The notes: generated by a model from the letters alone, not told the origin. Counted from the whole stretch's first letter, positions 48,899 through 61,379 are shown. The stretch is 62,669 nt of DNA, filler included, from Diploschistes diacapsis (GCA_023645945.1; 16 parts of 16 records of this genome joined end to end with filler, not necessarily neighbours in it); one strand, 5' to 3'. Numbers and translations are program-made.

Positions 48899-49400
48899 TG
48901 TTACGATCCAAGTAACTACTGGGTAGTCTACTTGGCACGTCCCAGCTTCTTTGTATATAGACCAATCGTGGTGGCACGGGTCACGTGACCGACAGACGAC
49001 GGCCGACAGCCGTCTAGCAGCTAGCATCTAGCGATTGCCAGATAGGCAACGCCAGCCGACTAATATTTAACATCTAACGGTATTAAATCTATATATAAAC
49101 GTCGTTATAATTCCTATAAATCCTGACGTGTTTACTATTATAAATATTCTTAATTATTATTCGGGATTATTTTATATTCGTTACTTCTATTATTAGAACC
49201 TTTTTTCTAAAAATAATTTAAGACCTATAACTGCTTTATTTTTTTCTTTTATTTACATTCTGTCAGATTATTAACCTAAATGGGTTAGTCTATCTGACTA
49301 GTTAACACTAGTAGGACCCTGAAGGTTCTTTAACCCTTCAGGACACGCCATTAACAACTGTTGAACATCCTACTAACTATAGTCAAACATCCTACTAGTA
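48899..49400 (+). mobile_element. LTR family B copy interrupted at 49261 by LTR family F
   Basis: TGTTACGATCCAAG start; TGTCAGATTATTAACC at 49261 matches the reverse-complemented end of 53071-53295. Confidence 0.7.
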
Positions 49401-49569
49401 NNNNNNNNNNNNNNNNNNNNNNNNNNNNNNNNNNNNNNNNNNNNTTAATTAATTAANNNNNNNNNNNNNNNNNNNNNNNNNNNNNNNNNNNNNNNNNNNN
49501 ACCACAAACCCATTCACTCAGCCCCTCCCAAGAAAAACCCATCCAAAACCCTTCTAACACACCACCAAA

Positions 49570-50379
49570 ATGGTCCACCTCTCCAGCACCACCGCCGCCA
49601 TGCTCCTGGCCCTCGCTTCCCTCTCCCTCGCCATCCCCTCCCCCCTGACCCCAGACCCTAGCGGCGCCAAGAACGTCGGCAACGGCCACGGCGCCCAGTT
49701 CATCACGGGCGCCTGCCTGTCCAACGCCGACTGCCAGTCCGCCTGCTGCGCCGGGCCCGTCGGCATCTGCTCCGGCGTCGGGGCCCAGACGCAGCAAGGG
49801 AAGACGGGATGCGGCTTTTCTGCTTCTTCTTCTTCTTCATCATCTTCATCATCTTCTGGCTCCACGGGCTCGTCCGGCTCCTCAGCCGGCTCCGCCGGCT
49901 CAGCATCCGCGAGCGCTGCCAGCCCCGCGGCGTCGAGTGCAAGTGACAGCGGCAGCGGCTCAGGCGGCGATCTCGCGCAGACCGAATCCTCCAGCGCGGC
50001 CGGGGCCGCAAACGTCGGCAACGGCGCCGGCAAGCAGTTCATCACGGGCGCGTGCCTGAGCGACGCGGACTGTGCCAGCGGCTGCTGCGCGAAACCCAAC
50101 GGCGAGTGCAGCGCCGCGGCCGTTGCCCTTGAGAGCGGGAAGCAGGGGTGTGGTTTTTCGGCTTCGGCTGCGGGCTCGGGCTCGTCGGGCTCCGCTGGCT
50201 CCGCCTCGAGTTCCGCCGCTTCTGGCGCGGCCGGCGCAAGTGCTGCGGGCACCCCGTCGAGCGCAAAGGGCCCGGTGCCGGACGGGGGCGCGTGTACCCA
50301 GAATGTGGAGTGCCAGGCCGGGTGCTGCGAGTCGAACGGGCTGTGCAGCAATGCTGTGGCGGGGTGTGTTGGGGTGTGA
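49570..50379 (+). CDS. Secreted Cys-rich repeat protein, BAS2 (biotrophy-associated secreted protein 2)-like
   Basis: Signal peptide; two modules NVGNGxGxQFITGACLSxADCxSxCCA...CS......GKxGCGF separated by Ser/Ala/Gly linkers; third short module CTQNVECQAGCCESNGLC. Confidence 0.8.
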   Translation: MVHLSSTTAAMLLALASLSLAIPSPLTPDPSGAKNVGNGHGAQFITGACLSNADCQSACCAGPVGICSGVGAQTQQGKTGCGFSASSSSSSSSSSSGSTGSSGSSAGSAGSASASAASPAASSASDSGSGSGGDLAQTESSSAAGAANVGNGAGKQFITGACLSDADCASGCCAKPNGECSAAAVALESGKQGCGFSASAAGSGSSGSAGSASSSAASGAAGASAAGTPSSAKGPVPDGGACTQNVECQAGCCESNGLCSNAVAGCVGV

Positions 50380-50976
50380 GCGAGGCGGGCGGGGAGATGA
50401 AGATGGAGATGTGTTGTGGCAGGGGTATGGATTCGATACGGGCATCGGTATCTGGTATCTGGTATGGGATGGGATGGTATCGTTACGGCATACATCGGCG
50501 ATGGGGACGGCGTTCGTTTTGGGAAGGGCGGGTTGCGTCAGGTACGTGGGGTTAAGTTAGCTGGGCTGGGCAGCAAGTCAGGGACTGAGTATTGAGACTG
50601 AACGGTGGTGGGATTTGGAATACGAGGTTCGGGGACGACGCTGGGACAACGGGGTCGGTCGATGTAAGATAGGAAACGATGAGACGGAATAGGATAGAAG
50701 GAGATAAAAGTCGATCCGAAGTCGACTCTTCCCACATAACTACAGCATTTTATCCCGCAACGCCTCCATCCCGCTTCTCCTTCTCCTTCTCCTTCCTCCA
50801 GTTAACTCCTCTTTCCTTTTTTTTTTTTTTTTTTTTTTTTCCCCTTCCTCCCACACGTTCCTATCCATCCCTCCCCNNNNNNNNNNNNNNNNNNNNNNNN
50901 NNNNNNNNNNNNNNNNNNNNTTAATTAATTAANNNNNNNNNNNNNNNNNNNNNNNNNNNNNNNNNNNNNNNNNNNN

Positions 50977-51376
50977 TCGAATCGAATAACCCGTATATTT
51001 AAATCGACGTATTTAAATTTATAACGTTTCGTAAAGAAAACTAAAAATAAAAAACGCTTCTTAATAATCGTAAAAAATATAAATTAAATAAACGAATCGA
51101 ATTAAAAGATCGTTTTATGTTTAATATAAACGAAATTCTTAAAATAGTAACTCGGGTTAAATCGAGTAGTATAATTTCGAAACGATTTGTAACGCGTAAA
51201 AAACGTTATCGTATTTCTGAAATCGAGGAGGATGAAGATGAAGAAAATAGATTCGATTTAGATCCATTAGATTCTAATTGCGACGAATAGGTTATATCTA
51301 AAAACCGTAAAATATTGGCGGTAGTAATTTGAGGTGGCCCACTTCTGGGGGTGGCCCGGTTCCCCGTCAAACACGT
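50977..51376 (+). mobile_element. pogo/Fot1 family-1 3' end
   Basis: Degraded acidic tail (EEDEDEE), then TIR GTGGCCCACTTCTGGGGGTGGCCCGGTTCCCCGTCAAACACGT|TA. Confidence 0.75.
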
Positions 51377-51379
51377 TAA

Positions 51380-51858
51380 TATATTTCTATTTTTAAATTT
51401 ATTTATCCTAGAATTTTATAATTTAGATCTTAAACTTTCGGATCTTTTCGATTTAATTTACGATGAATAACGTAATCGATAATCGCGTTCGTAAGCGTAT
51501 TAATTATAAATAAGGCTTATCTTTAACAGATAAACACACCAAATGATTAAATAGAATAAATATTAAGCCGAGCTTATATAGTTTATTAAATAACGTAACG
51601 TAATGAATATATTAAAGTCGAAAAATCTTAATTTATAAAAATATGATATTACGTAGACTTTTATACCCTACGGGATCCGTTAAACTTTATTATACATATT
51701 ATTGTTAATCGGTCTAGTCAGGATTTCAAAAGGTTCTACTAAACTAAACTGAATTAAACCTCGGTAAGTTCAGGTAACTAAACTTCCAGGGTTCCTCCAG
51801 TGAATCTCTTGGAACCCAGACGAGCTTACAGCCATGACTTCCGTCTGCCTGCTCCACA
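51380..51858 (-). mobile_element. LTR family A-related copy
   Basis: Aligns with 55410-55871 (CAGCCATGACTTCCGTCTGCCTGCTCCACA end; GGGATCCGTTAA; GGTCTAGTCAGGAT). Confidence 0.7.
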
Positions 51859-51889
51859 CATTTTACGGTTAAGCTCCGCGAGCTTCGCG

Positions 51890-52352
51890 ATTACTTAAAT
51901 ATAATTTTATTACGCGAATAGATTCGGCTATTTAATAGACCCGTAAAGGCGCCGATTTTATTAATATCAAAAAATGACATTTTATACTTACACGTTAATT
52001 ATGAAAGATTGGATAAAATAACCAGAAAATATCTCTTTTTACTATTTTTAATTGGCGAGACGCTAAGTCGCTTTGTAAATATAAAAATAATTTTAGAAAT
52101 TAATATAAAAAATATATACCACCGTATCCGAATCCGCGAAAATAAGAAACGGAACATCGGCTTCCGTATTAAATACGGCTATTTTAAAGATTGAATAATG
52201 TCTTTTAGGTTAATAAATGTTTTAATTATATTTTAATTTTAATTTATCGCCTTTTGATGGATTTAATTATTATTATTTATTCAATTCATTTCGATAATAT
52301 TTAATATATTTATAAGATGTCGAAGAAAACATAAAATATGTCCGGCTTATAT
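51890..52352 (+). mobile_element. Ty3/gypsy reverse transcriptase relic
   Basis: LDKITRKYLFLLFLIGETLSR...IKNIYHRIRIRENKKRNIGFRIKYGYF..IMSFRLIN is a RIP-degraded LNKIT.K.RYPLPLI...DAYHRIRI.EGDEWKTAFRT.YG.F...VMPFGL.N. Confidence 0.85.
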
Positions 52353-52645
52353 NNNNNNNNNNNNNNNNNNNNNNNNNNNNNNNNNNNNNNNNNNNNTTAA
52401 TTAATTAANNNNNNNNNNNNNNNNNNNNNNNNNNNNNNNNNNNNNNNNNNNNTAAATCTCGTTCTTATTGTTCGGTATGATCTAAATCTTTTTTATTAAA
52501 TAAAATAATTTTAAATCGTTTATTTCTTTTTTTTTCACTATCTTCTATTTTAATTTAATTGCGTAGGTTTATTTTACGTGTACGTTGCGAAAAACGTGCC
52601 ATTTTGTCGGATCGTCATCTTTAAGAAAAGTAAAATAATTAAAAC

Positions 52646-52826
52646 TATAAAAAATAAAATACGACAATATGGCAAGATGGTTGTACGCAGGGCAGGTTTA
52701 TGCTCGGACTAATTACTAAAGAAAAGAAGAAAGTAAGAAGGGCAAAATCCCCCTTTAAGTACCAGCAAGCTAAGACCCTGAGCGCCGCGTGTCTGACTCT
52801 TGGCATGCTCCTCGCTTGGCCTTACA
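52646..52826. mobile_element. Short LTR family C (~180 bp)
   Basis: Homologous to 59386-59566. Combined copies give TGTAAAGG...CCTTACA termini. Confidence 0.7.
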
Positions 52827-53070
52827 TCGCTATCTTCGCCAGTTTCGCCGGTTCTGCCGGTTTCGTCGTGTTTCGCTAAAAGGTTTGGCGAAATACGGCA
52901 AGTCGCTTAAATGCATTATCTGTCGCCTATTTTGCCGGTTTCGCCAGTTTCGCTAACCTCGCGGATTTCCGCCGTGTTTCGCCGCCAAAAACTTTTCGTG
53001 ATGTTGAAGGTGATGGTGATCTATGAAAGTTAGAGAGTGAGAGGACTTTTATAGGCACACTTCACGCTAG

Positions 53071-53295
53071 TGTAACTAGTAATCATTTAATCTAGAATGT
53101 TCTTTATCCTTGAAAATTATTCCATGTATTAGTAAGCCGAATATTCTAGAATATTCGATAATATTTAATAATCTTCGATGATATTCTATGATGTTCTGGA
53201 ATATTCTAGAACCTTCTAGAACCTTCTAAAATATTCGAACATACTAGATGCTTAATAGGCAATCTGACTAACTTATGGAGGTTAGTATTCTGACA
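53071..53295. mobile_element. LTR family F (~225 bp) containing a 10-bp-periodic GAAnnTTC array
   Basis: TGTAAC...CTGACA termini; related end at 49261. Confidence 0.6.
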
Positions 53296-53299
53296 TTTA

Positions 53300-53579
53300 T
53301 ATTATTAAGTTTTCGTCTACGAGTCTAGAATATAGGGTTTGTGTTTGGCAACGTAATGGATATATTGAAGTCTAGAGGTCTTCTCTAGGGGGTTATCTTA
53401 CTTTACAGACTTTTATTTTATGGGATACGCTAAACCCTATTACCTATACTATTCTTAAATCGGTCTAGCTGGAATTCCAGGGAATTTAGCTAAACTAAAC
53501 CTCGGAGTTCAGCTGAACTGAATCTCCTTCTGGAACTCAGTCGAACTCCCAGCCATGCCTTTTATTTATTTGTTCAATA
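53300..53579 (-). mobile_element. LTR family A fragment
   Basis: GTTCAGCTGAACTGAA...GTCGAACTCCCAGCCATGCC matches 55800-55871. Confidence 0.75.
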
Positions 53580-54759
53580 CTTCTCCACAGACGGAATCAT
53601 TCTGTAACGCCCAAAGGTGCGCCCTGGGGTTCAGGTCCCCCTTCTGCCACAGCCACGCACCTACATATAGTGTAATAGGGAAACAATGCTTCGGGGTTCC
53701 TGAAAGCATTGTGTTAGTCTTTTGGCTCAGTGGGATAGCGCTACCCTATTAGGCACTACCCCCGCTGTTACACAATTAACGTTATTATTTTTTAATAATT
53801 TAATATCCCGACGTAATTATACATGTANNNNNNNNNNNNNNNNNNNNNNNNNNNNNNNNNNNNNNNNNNNNTTAATTAATTAANNNNNNNNNNNNNNNNN
53901 NNNNNNNNNNNNNNNNNNNNNNNNNNNATTATTATACTATACGTAAGCTGGAAATCAGTTCCGGGATTCGAAGAATTATTTACCCATCTTTTAATAAATC
54001 GTCCGTAATCACGAACATCCTTCATTAATAACTAAAAGATAACAAGAGTTTAATCGAAGACACTCTATCGTCGAAAAAAAAAAACTTAGAAACAATATTT
54101 AACCTAAATTAATTAAAGAAAAACGTCGACTAACGTTATTTCCTTTAAAATAAATAACCGATAAATCTCTTATTTAAACCGAAATCAAGACTTTTATTAA
54201 GAAGTATTTAGCATAAATACTTAATCTACTTCTTAATAACGTCTTATTTAACAGACCCGGATCCGCTTATTATTAATAAACTCGATCTCAACCTCCGGGC
54301 ACTGCCAACGAAGGATTTAAATCAAATTTACCGCCTCTACAGTCTCGATACATATCATCAAATCAATCGAAAGAGTCTGTACTTACTCCGTTCCTAACGG
54401 CTATAAAAACTATAATTATATTCGATAAACAATTATTTAAGATACCTACGATCGAAGAACAATAAGGCATAACGTTTTTTTAAAGAAACGACATCTTACG
54501 ATCGCTAAAAGAATAAATAAAAAAAACCTTTTAAAAAAAAAAATTTATTAAATAATTACGAGCGTCGACGAAATCGACGATTATAGAACCCATAAAAAGA
54601 TCTTCTCGAAAACGATCCGCCTACGATTACGATAAAACGCCAATTTAATGCTCGCACGGTCGGATATTTTGATCCTAACTAGGATACCCCCGCCGTCGAA
54701 GTCAAAAACAAGTACAACGTGTATCACGACCCTTACGCCTTTGCCGAGAGACTTCGAGC

Positions 54760-54924
54760 TAGGCTGGCCGTCACGGACACTGACACGGCCGTGGCAGTAT
54801 CCCGTGTTTTGAAATTTTTAATCGTAATATCCGTGTCCGTGCTTTCATTATAGTGCAGTATCCGTGGAAATGTCCGTATTTTAAAATTTTTAATCGTAAT
54901 ATCCGTGTCCGTGTTTTTATTATA
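54760..54924. mobile_element. TAGGCTGGCCGT-terminus element end, interrupted by a pogo insertion at TA 54923-54924
   Basis: TAGGCTGGCCGTCACGGACACTGACACGGCCGTGG followed by TCCGTGT arrays. Confidence 0.75.
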
Positions 54925-55301
54925 ACGTGTTTAACGGGGAACCGGGCCATCCCCAGAAATGGGCCATCTCTCATTACAACTTTCATCTTTTTCTTCGATT
55001 TTTTCAATAATGACTACCTCGTATCGTAATAATTCGATTTTAATAAAATTTAATATCAACGATTATTTATAGGTCCTAAATTTTTAATAATATATTAACG
55101 TTCGAGAAGTTGCTCGCGCATTTAAAATTTTTCGTTTAATTATTATGCGTCGATTTATTAAAGTATAATTACGTTTTAATAATCACGAATCGAATTAAAT
55201 CTTTTTAAATTTTAAAGAACAGATATTAATACGATTGATTACACGTCTTATATAAATTAGCTTTCTTGCATCGTCTACGTTAATAATAGAAATAACCGAA
55301 A
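54925..55301 (+). mobile_element. pogo/Fot1 family-1 5' end with transposase N-terminal HTH relic
   Basis: TIR ACGTGTTTAACGGGGAACCGGGCCATCCCCAGAAATGGGCCA, then degraded VREVARAFKIFRLIIMRRF resembling the psq-type HTH (.R.AA..F.VP.STL..R). Confidence 0.75.
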
Positions 55302-55409
55302 NNNNNNNNNNNNNNNNNNNNNNNNNNNNNNNNNNNNNNNNNNNNTTAATTAATTAANNNNNNNNNNNNNNNNNNNNNNNNNNNNNNNNNNNNNNNNNNN
55401 NGGCCAGCG

Positions 55410-55871
55410 TATTAAGGTCCCGCGTTCTTTTAAAGTAGTATAACTTTTACCTTTAAATCAACCCATTTTAGGGTCTTATAATTCAGATCCTAGGCTTTTA
55501 AATCTTTTTGATTTAATTTACGTTAAATAACGTAATCGGTACCCGCGTTCGTAACCGTAACAACTACCGGGAAACGTAGTTTCAATAAACGATTAAACGT
55601 AATAAAATAGGTATTAATCCGGATTCATAACCTATTTAACAACGTAATAAATATATTAAAATCTAGAGATCTTATTTAAAAGATTATTTTACTTTATAGA
55701 CTTTTATCCTCGTGGGATACGCTAAACCTTATTACTTACATTATTCCTTAATCGATCTAGTTGAAATTCCAGGAAGTTCAGCTGAACTGAATTTCGAGGT
55801 TCAGCTGAACTGAACCTCCCTCTGGAATTCAGTCGAACTCCCAGCCATGCCTTCTGCCTGTCTGCTCAACA
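55410..55871 (-). mobile_element. LTR family A, near-complete (~460 bp)
   Basis: Reverse complement starts TGTTGAGCAGACAGGCAG and ends ...GCGGGACCTTAATA (RIP of TAACA). Inverted relative to 56167-56619. Confidence 0.8.
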
Positions 55872-56166
55872 CGTGTTATTATTAAAAAAGAATACTTTTA
55901 AAAAAAAGTTTTTGTTATTAACGATCGGAATTATCTAGATCACGAATATTTAAACGAATATAAGGATTTCCGTTACGAATATTTAATATATTAAAACGGG
56001 AAGTATATTTTATACGATAAATTAATTATAGATGTAACGTTCAAACGATATTACGAATATGTTTTATATAAACCGGCTTTCTTACATCGCTTATATTAAT
56101 AATAAAAATGATTAAAAAAATTCGACGCGAAAGGATCCGATTCGGTTCGAATTTAAAAATTATAAT

Positions 56167-56775
56167 TGTTGAGCAGACAGGCAGTAGGCATGGCTGGGAG
56201 TACAACTGAGTTCTAGAAGGAGGTTCAGTTCAGCTGAACTCCGAAGTTCAGTTCAGTTAAACCTCCTAAAATTCCAACTAAACCGAATAAAGAATAATAT
56301 AAATAATAAAACTTAACGTATCTCACGAGAATAAAAGTCTATAAAATAAAATAATCTCCTAAATAAGATCTCTAAACTTTAATATATCTATTACGTTATT
56401 AAACAAGTTATAAACCCGAATTAATACCTATTTCACTACGCTTAATCGTTTATTAAAATTACGTCTCCCGATAATTATTACGATTACGAACGCGGGCACC
56501 GATTACGCTATTTAACGCAGGTTAAATCGAAAAGATCCAAAAACCCAGGATCTAAATCATAAAACCCCAGGATAGGCTGATTCAAAGATAGAAATTATAC
56601 TACTTTAAAAGAACGCGGGTGTTATGATCTCTATCTCTACAACGTAGACACGAGGTATTGATCAAGGTGGGTTTGGTCTCTGGTAGAAAAGGAATATAGA
56701 AGGAAAAGAATTAGATCGGTAACAGATCTATTCTGATTTCTAAAAAGATTCCTTTCTATAAATAAAAGATAATAA
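56167..56775 (+). mobile_element. LTR family A (56167-56619) with LTR family B inserted at 56620
   Basis: TGTTGAGCAGAC start; LTR A breaks ~10 nt before its end, at TGTTATGATCTCTATCTCTACAACG, which is identical to 62508. Confidence 0.8.
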
Positions 56776-57896
56776 NNNNNNNNNNNNNNNNNNNNNNNNN
56801 NNNNNNNNNNNNNNNNNNNTTAATTAATTAANNNNNNNNNNNNNNNNNNNNNNNNNNNNNNNNNNNNNNNNNNNNTTAAGAAAGAATTAAAAATTAAAAA
56901 TTATCGATATTAGAAACGATAGATATTATTAACTCGAGTTACTCGATATCGGATAAAAATTAAGTAGATTAACTAGAATTACGCGAATACGAACTCGAAA
57001 AAAAGAGGATCGAATAAGAATAAATAAATTAAATAAGATTATACGAATACGTACGTTAAAGAAAAAGTATCGAATACGAAATTAAATACGGGTTTTAGAA
57101 AAGAATAGCAAAAAATAAATAAATAAAAAAACCAATATTATCGGAATGAGAGAACCAGGGAATAAAAAAAAAAGAAAAAAAGAATAATAAAAGAATAAAG
57201 CGGATATAAAGAGCAAGGAAAGATAATTTAATGTATTGTTGAAACTAGGGGCTTTATAGTAGAAAGAGTAAAAAAAAGTATGATATTACGATTCTAAGGA
57301 GGAATTAAAAGAATATAAAAAGAAAACGGTAGAATAACGTAAGGACATAGGTAAAAAGTATCGTTTTTTTTCTTTTTTGAATTGTTTATAGATTAACCCG
57401 GAAGACTATTTACGGATTATCGCATTTTTCTTTTTTTCGTAATTAATTTACAATTTCTTTCAAGTATTAATAGTATTAGGGACCTTTAGGGTGCTTTGTT
57501 CAACCACGACCAATATGGAAGCGATATATCGTGATTTTAAACCTAAGATCCTATCAGAGATAAATAATTAATCGGATGTTGTACTTTTAGAAAGAAGCGA
57601 GTAATCAAGAACGTCTATTTAAGGAGAACCGTTATCTTCGAATGAACCGCTTACGGATATAAAATTAAAATTGCTTTTAATACATGCGGTTTAGAATATT
57701 TTAACATCGATGACAAACATAGATATTCTTGCTTATTAATATCCCGCTTTTAAACCAGGCATTACGGGAACTCCTTTTTTCATTAATAAAAATATATCAA
57801 AGTTTATTACTTAATAAAAAGGATTTTGTCGGAAGTATTTTATAACGATAAAAGATTTCTTTATCCGCTTATTTAACTATAATAAAGAATTTATTG

Positions 57897-58200
57897 ATAT
57901 TGAAACGCCAGCGCAGGAAAGGATGCTGCTCTACCGGGGGCTGGGCCTGATCCGGAAGGATTAGGTGTAGCTTGGGCATCTGCAGGTAAAAGGTCTCGAT
58001 TCGAAAAGCTGCAGAAGACACTATCTAAATGAGAAGAAGGCACCGTTAAGTAGTGTGGGTGCCAGCCTACCGGGGTTCGGGGATTACCCATCTACACAGC
58101 TATCTCCTAACCCTGCCGTGTCTTGGCAAGCATCTGGGCATTAACCCTACCGTAGCTTGGCAAGCCCCTGAGCTGGGCTGTCTCACTACCCCCCTTTCCA
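57897..58200. mobile_element. LTR-like repeat family E
   Basis: Reverse-complement homolog at ~58610-58923 (shared GTGTGGGTGCCAGCCT, CTCGATTCGAAAAG, CTATCTAAATGA). Confidence 0.6.
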
Positions 58201-58609
58201 GATGCTTGGTGCTCTTTTTTCAATCAATCTCTACCTCGATCTTCACCCCNNNNNNNNNNNNNNNNNNNNNNNNNNNNNNNNNNNNNNNNNNNNTTAATTA
58301 ATTAANNNNNNNNNNNNNNNNNNNNNNNNNNNNNNNNNNNNNNNNNNNNATTAATTACTTTTAAAGATATTCATTTTAAATATTTACTATTATAGTTTTG
58401 TTATTGTATCACGTGCTCGGGTACTAGGGTCACGACTCTAGATGCAAAAAAAGATGCCACGTAATAGTTCAGTTCAGTTCAGCCAATCAATATCCTTGAC
58501 CACGACTTTCGGACTTAATTTCTTATCTACGGTTTTTTCTGCGCCTATAAACACACTAATATGCCAATATAATCCTGCGCTTCGCTTAGGAATAATATAA
58601 TGTTTTCGT

Positions 58610-58923
58610 ATTATAATTGAGACAGATCAGCCCAGGGGCCTGCCAAGCCATGGCAGGGTCACATGACGGGTCCTATCGAGGATAGCCGCTGCCAGCCGCT
58701 CTAAGGGTGTGTCAATGGGTCGGAATATAGGCGGATAGGGACCGAAACCTTATAAGGCTGGCACCCACACTAATTATTCATGCCATCCTTTCATTTAGAT
58801 AGTTTCTTTTCTAACTTTTCGAATCGAGATCTTTACCTTATATATACTAGTTACACGTAACCCTTCCGGAGCAAGCCTAGGTCCCTAATAATATAATATT
58901 CTTTCCTACGTTAACGTTTTACA
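58610..58923. mobile_element. LTR-like repeat family E, second copy
   Basis: Ends ...CGTTTTACA; homologous to 57897-58200. Confidence 0.6.
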
Positions 58924-59229
58924 TTCGAAAAGCTGATTTTACCTTCGCACTCGTGACGAGAATTTAAAACGTTAATCGAATTAAATATTCGAGTAAGTTC
59001 ACGATAATCGGGATTCGAAAATATTACTCGCCGAATTATTATAAATAATCTCTTCCGTTAATAAAAAGGTTTAAAAAAACGGAAAAAATCGATAATATCT
59101 TCGATTTTTAAAGAGTTAACCGCGATCCCAACGGTTGAAGAAAACGATTTAAAAAAAGAATCGTTAATTAAAAATTAATTTATAAAATATCCCGCGTTAC
59201 GACAGTTATTTATATTCAAAACTTCCGAA

Positions 59230-59566
59230 AGATTTTGTTTGGCAACGTAATGGATATATTGAAGTCTAGAGGTCTTAGCTATGAAAGTGTCCTACTGCGC
59301 AGACTTTTATACCCCACGGGATCCGTTAAGCCTTATTATTCACATTACTTCTAATCGGTCTAGTCAGGATTCCATCGGATTCTATTGTAAAGGGTAGAAT
59401 ACGACAATGTGACAAGATGGCTGTACGCAAGGCGGGTTCATGCTAGGACTAATTACTAAAGAAGAGGAGAGAGTAAGAAGGGCAAAATCCCCCTTCAAGT
59501 ACCAGCAAGCCAAGATCCTAAGCGCCGCTTATCCGACTCTTAGCATACTTTTCGCTTAATTTTATA
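59230..59566. mobile_element. LTR A-related fragment followed by LTR C (59386-59566)
   Basis: TGTTTGGCAACGTAATGGATATATTGAAGTCTAGAGGTCTT identical to ~53342-53382; then TGTAAAGGGTAGAATACGAC. Confidence 0.7.
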
Positions 59567-59823
59567 ATTATTTCTTTCTTTTTTATTCTAATTCCTCAGA
59601 ATTATCTTTATAATCCTTTCTTTACTTATTAAAATAAATTAGATAGGTAATTTAATTTATATCGTTATTATCTCGATCTTTTATATAAATCGAATTTAAT
59701 TAACACGTTAAATCCGTATCTTTNNNNNNNNNNNNNNNNNNNNNNNNNNNNNNNNNNNNNNNNNNNNTTAATTAATTAANNNNNNNNNNNNNNNNNNNNN
59801 NNNNNNNNNNNNNNNNNNNNNNN

Positions 59824-59987
59824 TTATAATATAATAAAAACACGGACACGGACATTATAATTAAAAAATTTAAAACATTAATATTAACACGGACACTATA
59901 TTACAGTAAATTCACTAACACGGACATTACGGCTAAAAATTTTAAAACACGGATACTGCCACGGCCGTGTCCGTGACGGCCAGCCTA
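59824..59987. mobile_element. TAGGCTGGCCGT-terminus element end
   Basis: ACACGGACAC arrays ending CCGTGACGGCCAGCCTA. Confidence 0.75.
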
Positions 59988-60238
59988 TTCTTATCTTTTG
60001 TTACGATAACTATTTTTTTAAACTTTTTAACGAGCTTATATCGTATCGCGCGATAATTATCGTTATTACAAAATAAACATCTTTTTTTAGGCTAAAATAG
60101 CGGCGTCGTTTTTCGTCGGATCGTTCTTAAAAATGGAAACGGAAGCCTCTAAGATACTATAAACTTTCATGACGTAAAAAATATATTACAATTTCCTACT
60201 TCTATCAGCTTATCTTGCTTATCGATAAGCCTATTAAA

Positions 60239-61196
60239 TGTTACGATCCAAGTACCGCACTTAGCACGTCCCAGCTTTCTTTATATATAGTTTAATCACG
60301 GTAACACGGGTTACGTGATTCGTTTATTACTCGAATTCATTCTTATAAACGGCGAGTAAATTATCGCTATCGCTCAATAATCGCGTTTATTTTCGTAAGC
60401 GGTAAGCCTCGAAAACATCGCTCGCTAAATCTGTAATAAACGGCGAGCGAGTTAATTATACATAAACGCAATTCTTCCTTTATAAAAGAAGATATGTTTA
60501 TTTTTATAAATAATTTTAATTATTATTCGAGATTAATTTATATTCGTTATTTTTATTACTAAAACCTTCTTTTTAGAAATAATTTAAGATTTATAACTGC
60601 TCTATCTTCTTTTTCTACTTATATTCTTTTTTTAACGAGATTAAACCCACCTTAATCAATACCTCGTGTCTATATTATAGAAATTAAGATTATAATACTT
60701 AAACACCCTCAAAAATAAGTATCTTAAATAGCACAATCGAGAAATCGTTCTTAGAAACTAAATCCGCATTATTTTAAATATCGAAACGAACAGTAACGCC
60801 ACCGAACGAAAACGACGTGCTTATAATAAATATTACGAAAGCTAAAAGAAACGACTCTAAAAATAACGCTGAAACCGACGAAAATAGAACTTTAAAAAGG
60901 CTCGTTATCGAGGACCCCAAACTAAATAAATATTACGGAAATCGCAAGAAATTAAAATATTAATTATTATAACTCGCGTTATATTTTTATTAAAACCCTC
61001 ACATCAAAAACGAACAAAAAGAAAAAATTATCTTCGCCGTAAGTTTCATGCGTGACCGCACATTAATATAAATAAAATCCCATCTATAATCTTATTTAAA
61101 GAATAAAAAAATAATATAAAAATATTCGCCAGCTTCGCGAAATTTAAGAAACAAATTAAATTAACCTTTAATATCATTAACGATAAAGAATACGTT
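60239..61196 (+). mobile_element. Gypsy 5' LTR (family B, 60239-60697) followed by gag N-terminal relic
   Basis: LTR B termini, then degraded PKLNKYYGNRKKLKY*LL*LALYF...EKIIFAVSFMRDR, typical of fungal gypsy gag. Confidence 0.8.
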
Positions 61197-61379
61197 NNNN
61201 NNNNNNNNNNNNNNNNNNNNNNNNNNNNNNNNNNNNNNNNTTAATTAATTAANNNNNNNNNNNNNNNNNNNNNNNNNNNNNNNNNNNNNNNNNNNNATTA
61301 TAGTAAAAGCACGAAAATACTTTATTTTTTTTTAATATTTTTAAAATTATGACGTTTATTTCTCGCGTTTTTATTTTTA

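Noticed and set aside
53603..53772. TGTAAC...GTTACA-bounded 170-bp GC-richer segment as a solo LTR
   Set aside because: Single copy in the window and flanks (CATTC/CAATT) are not a clean TSD; plausible but unsupported.
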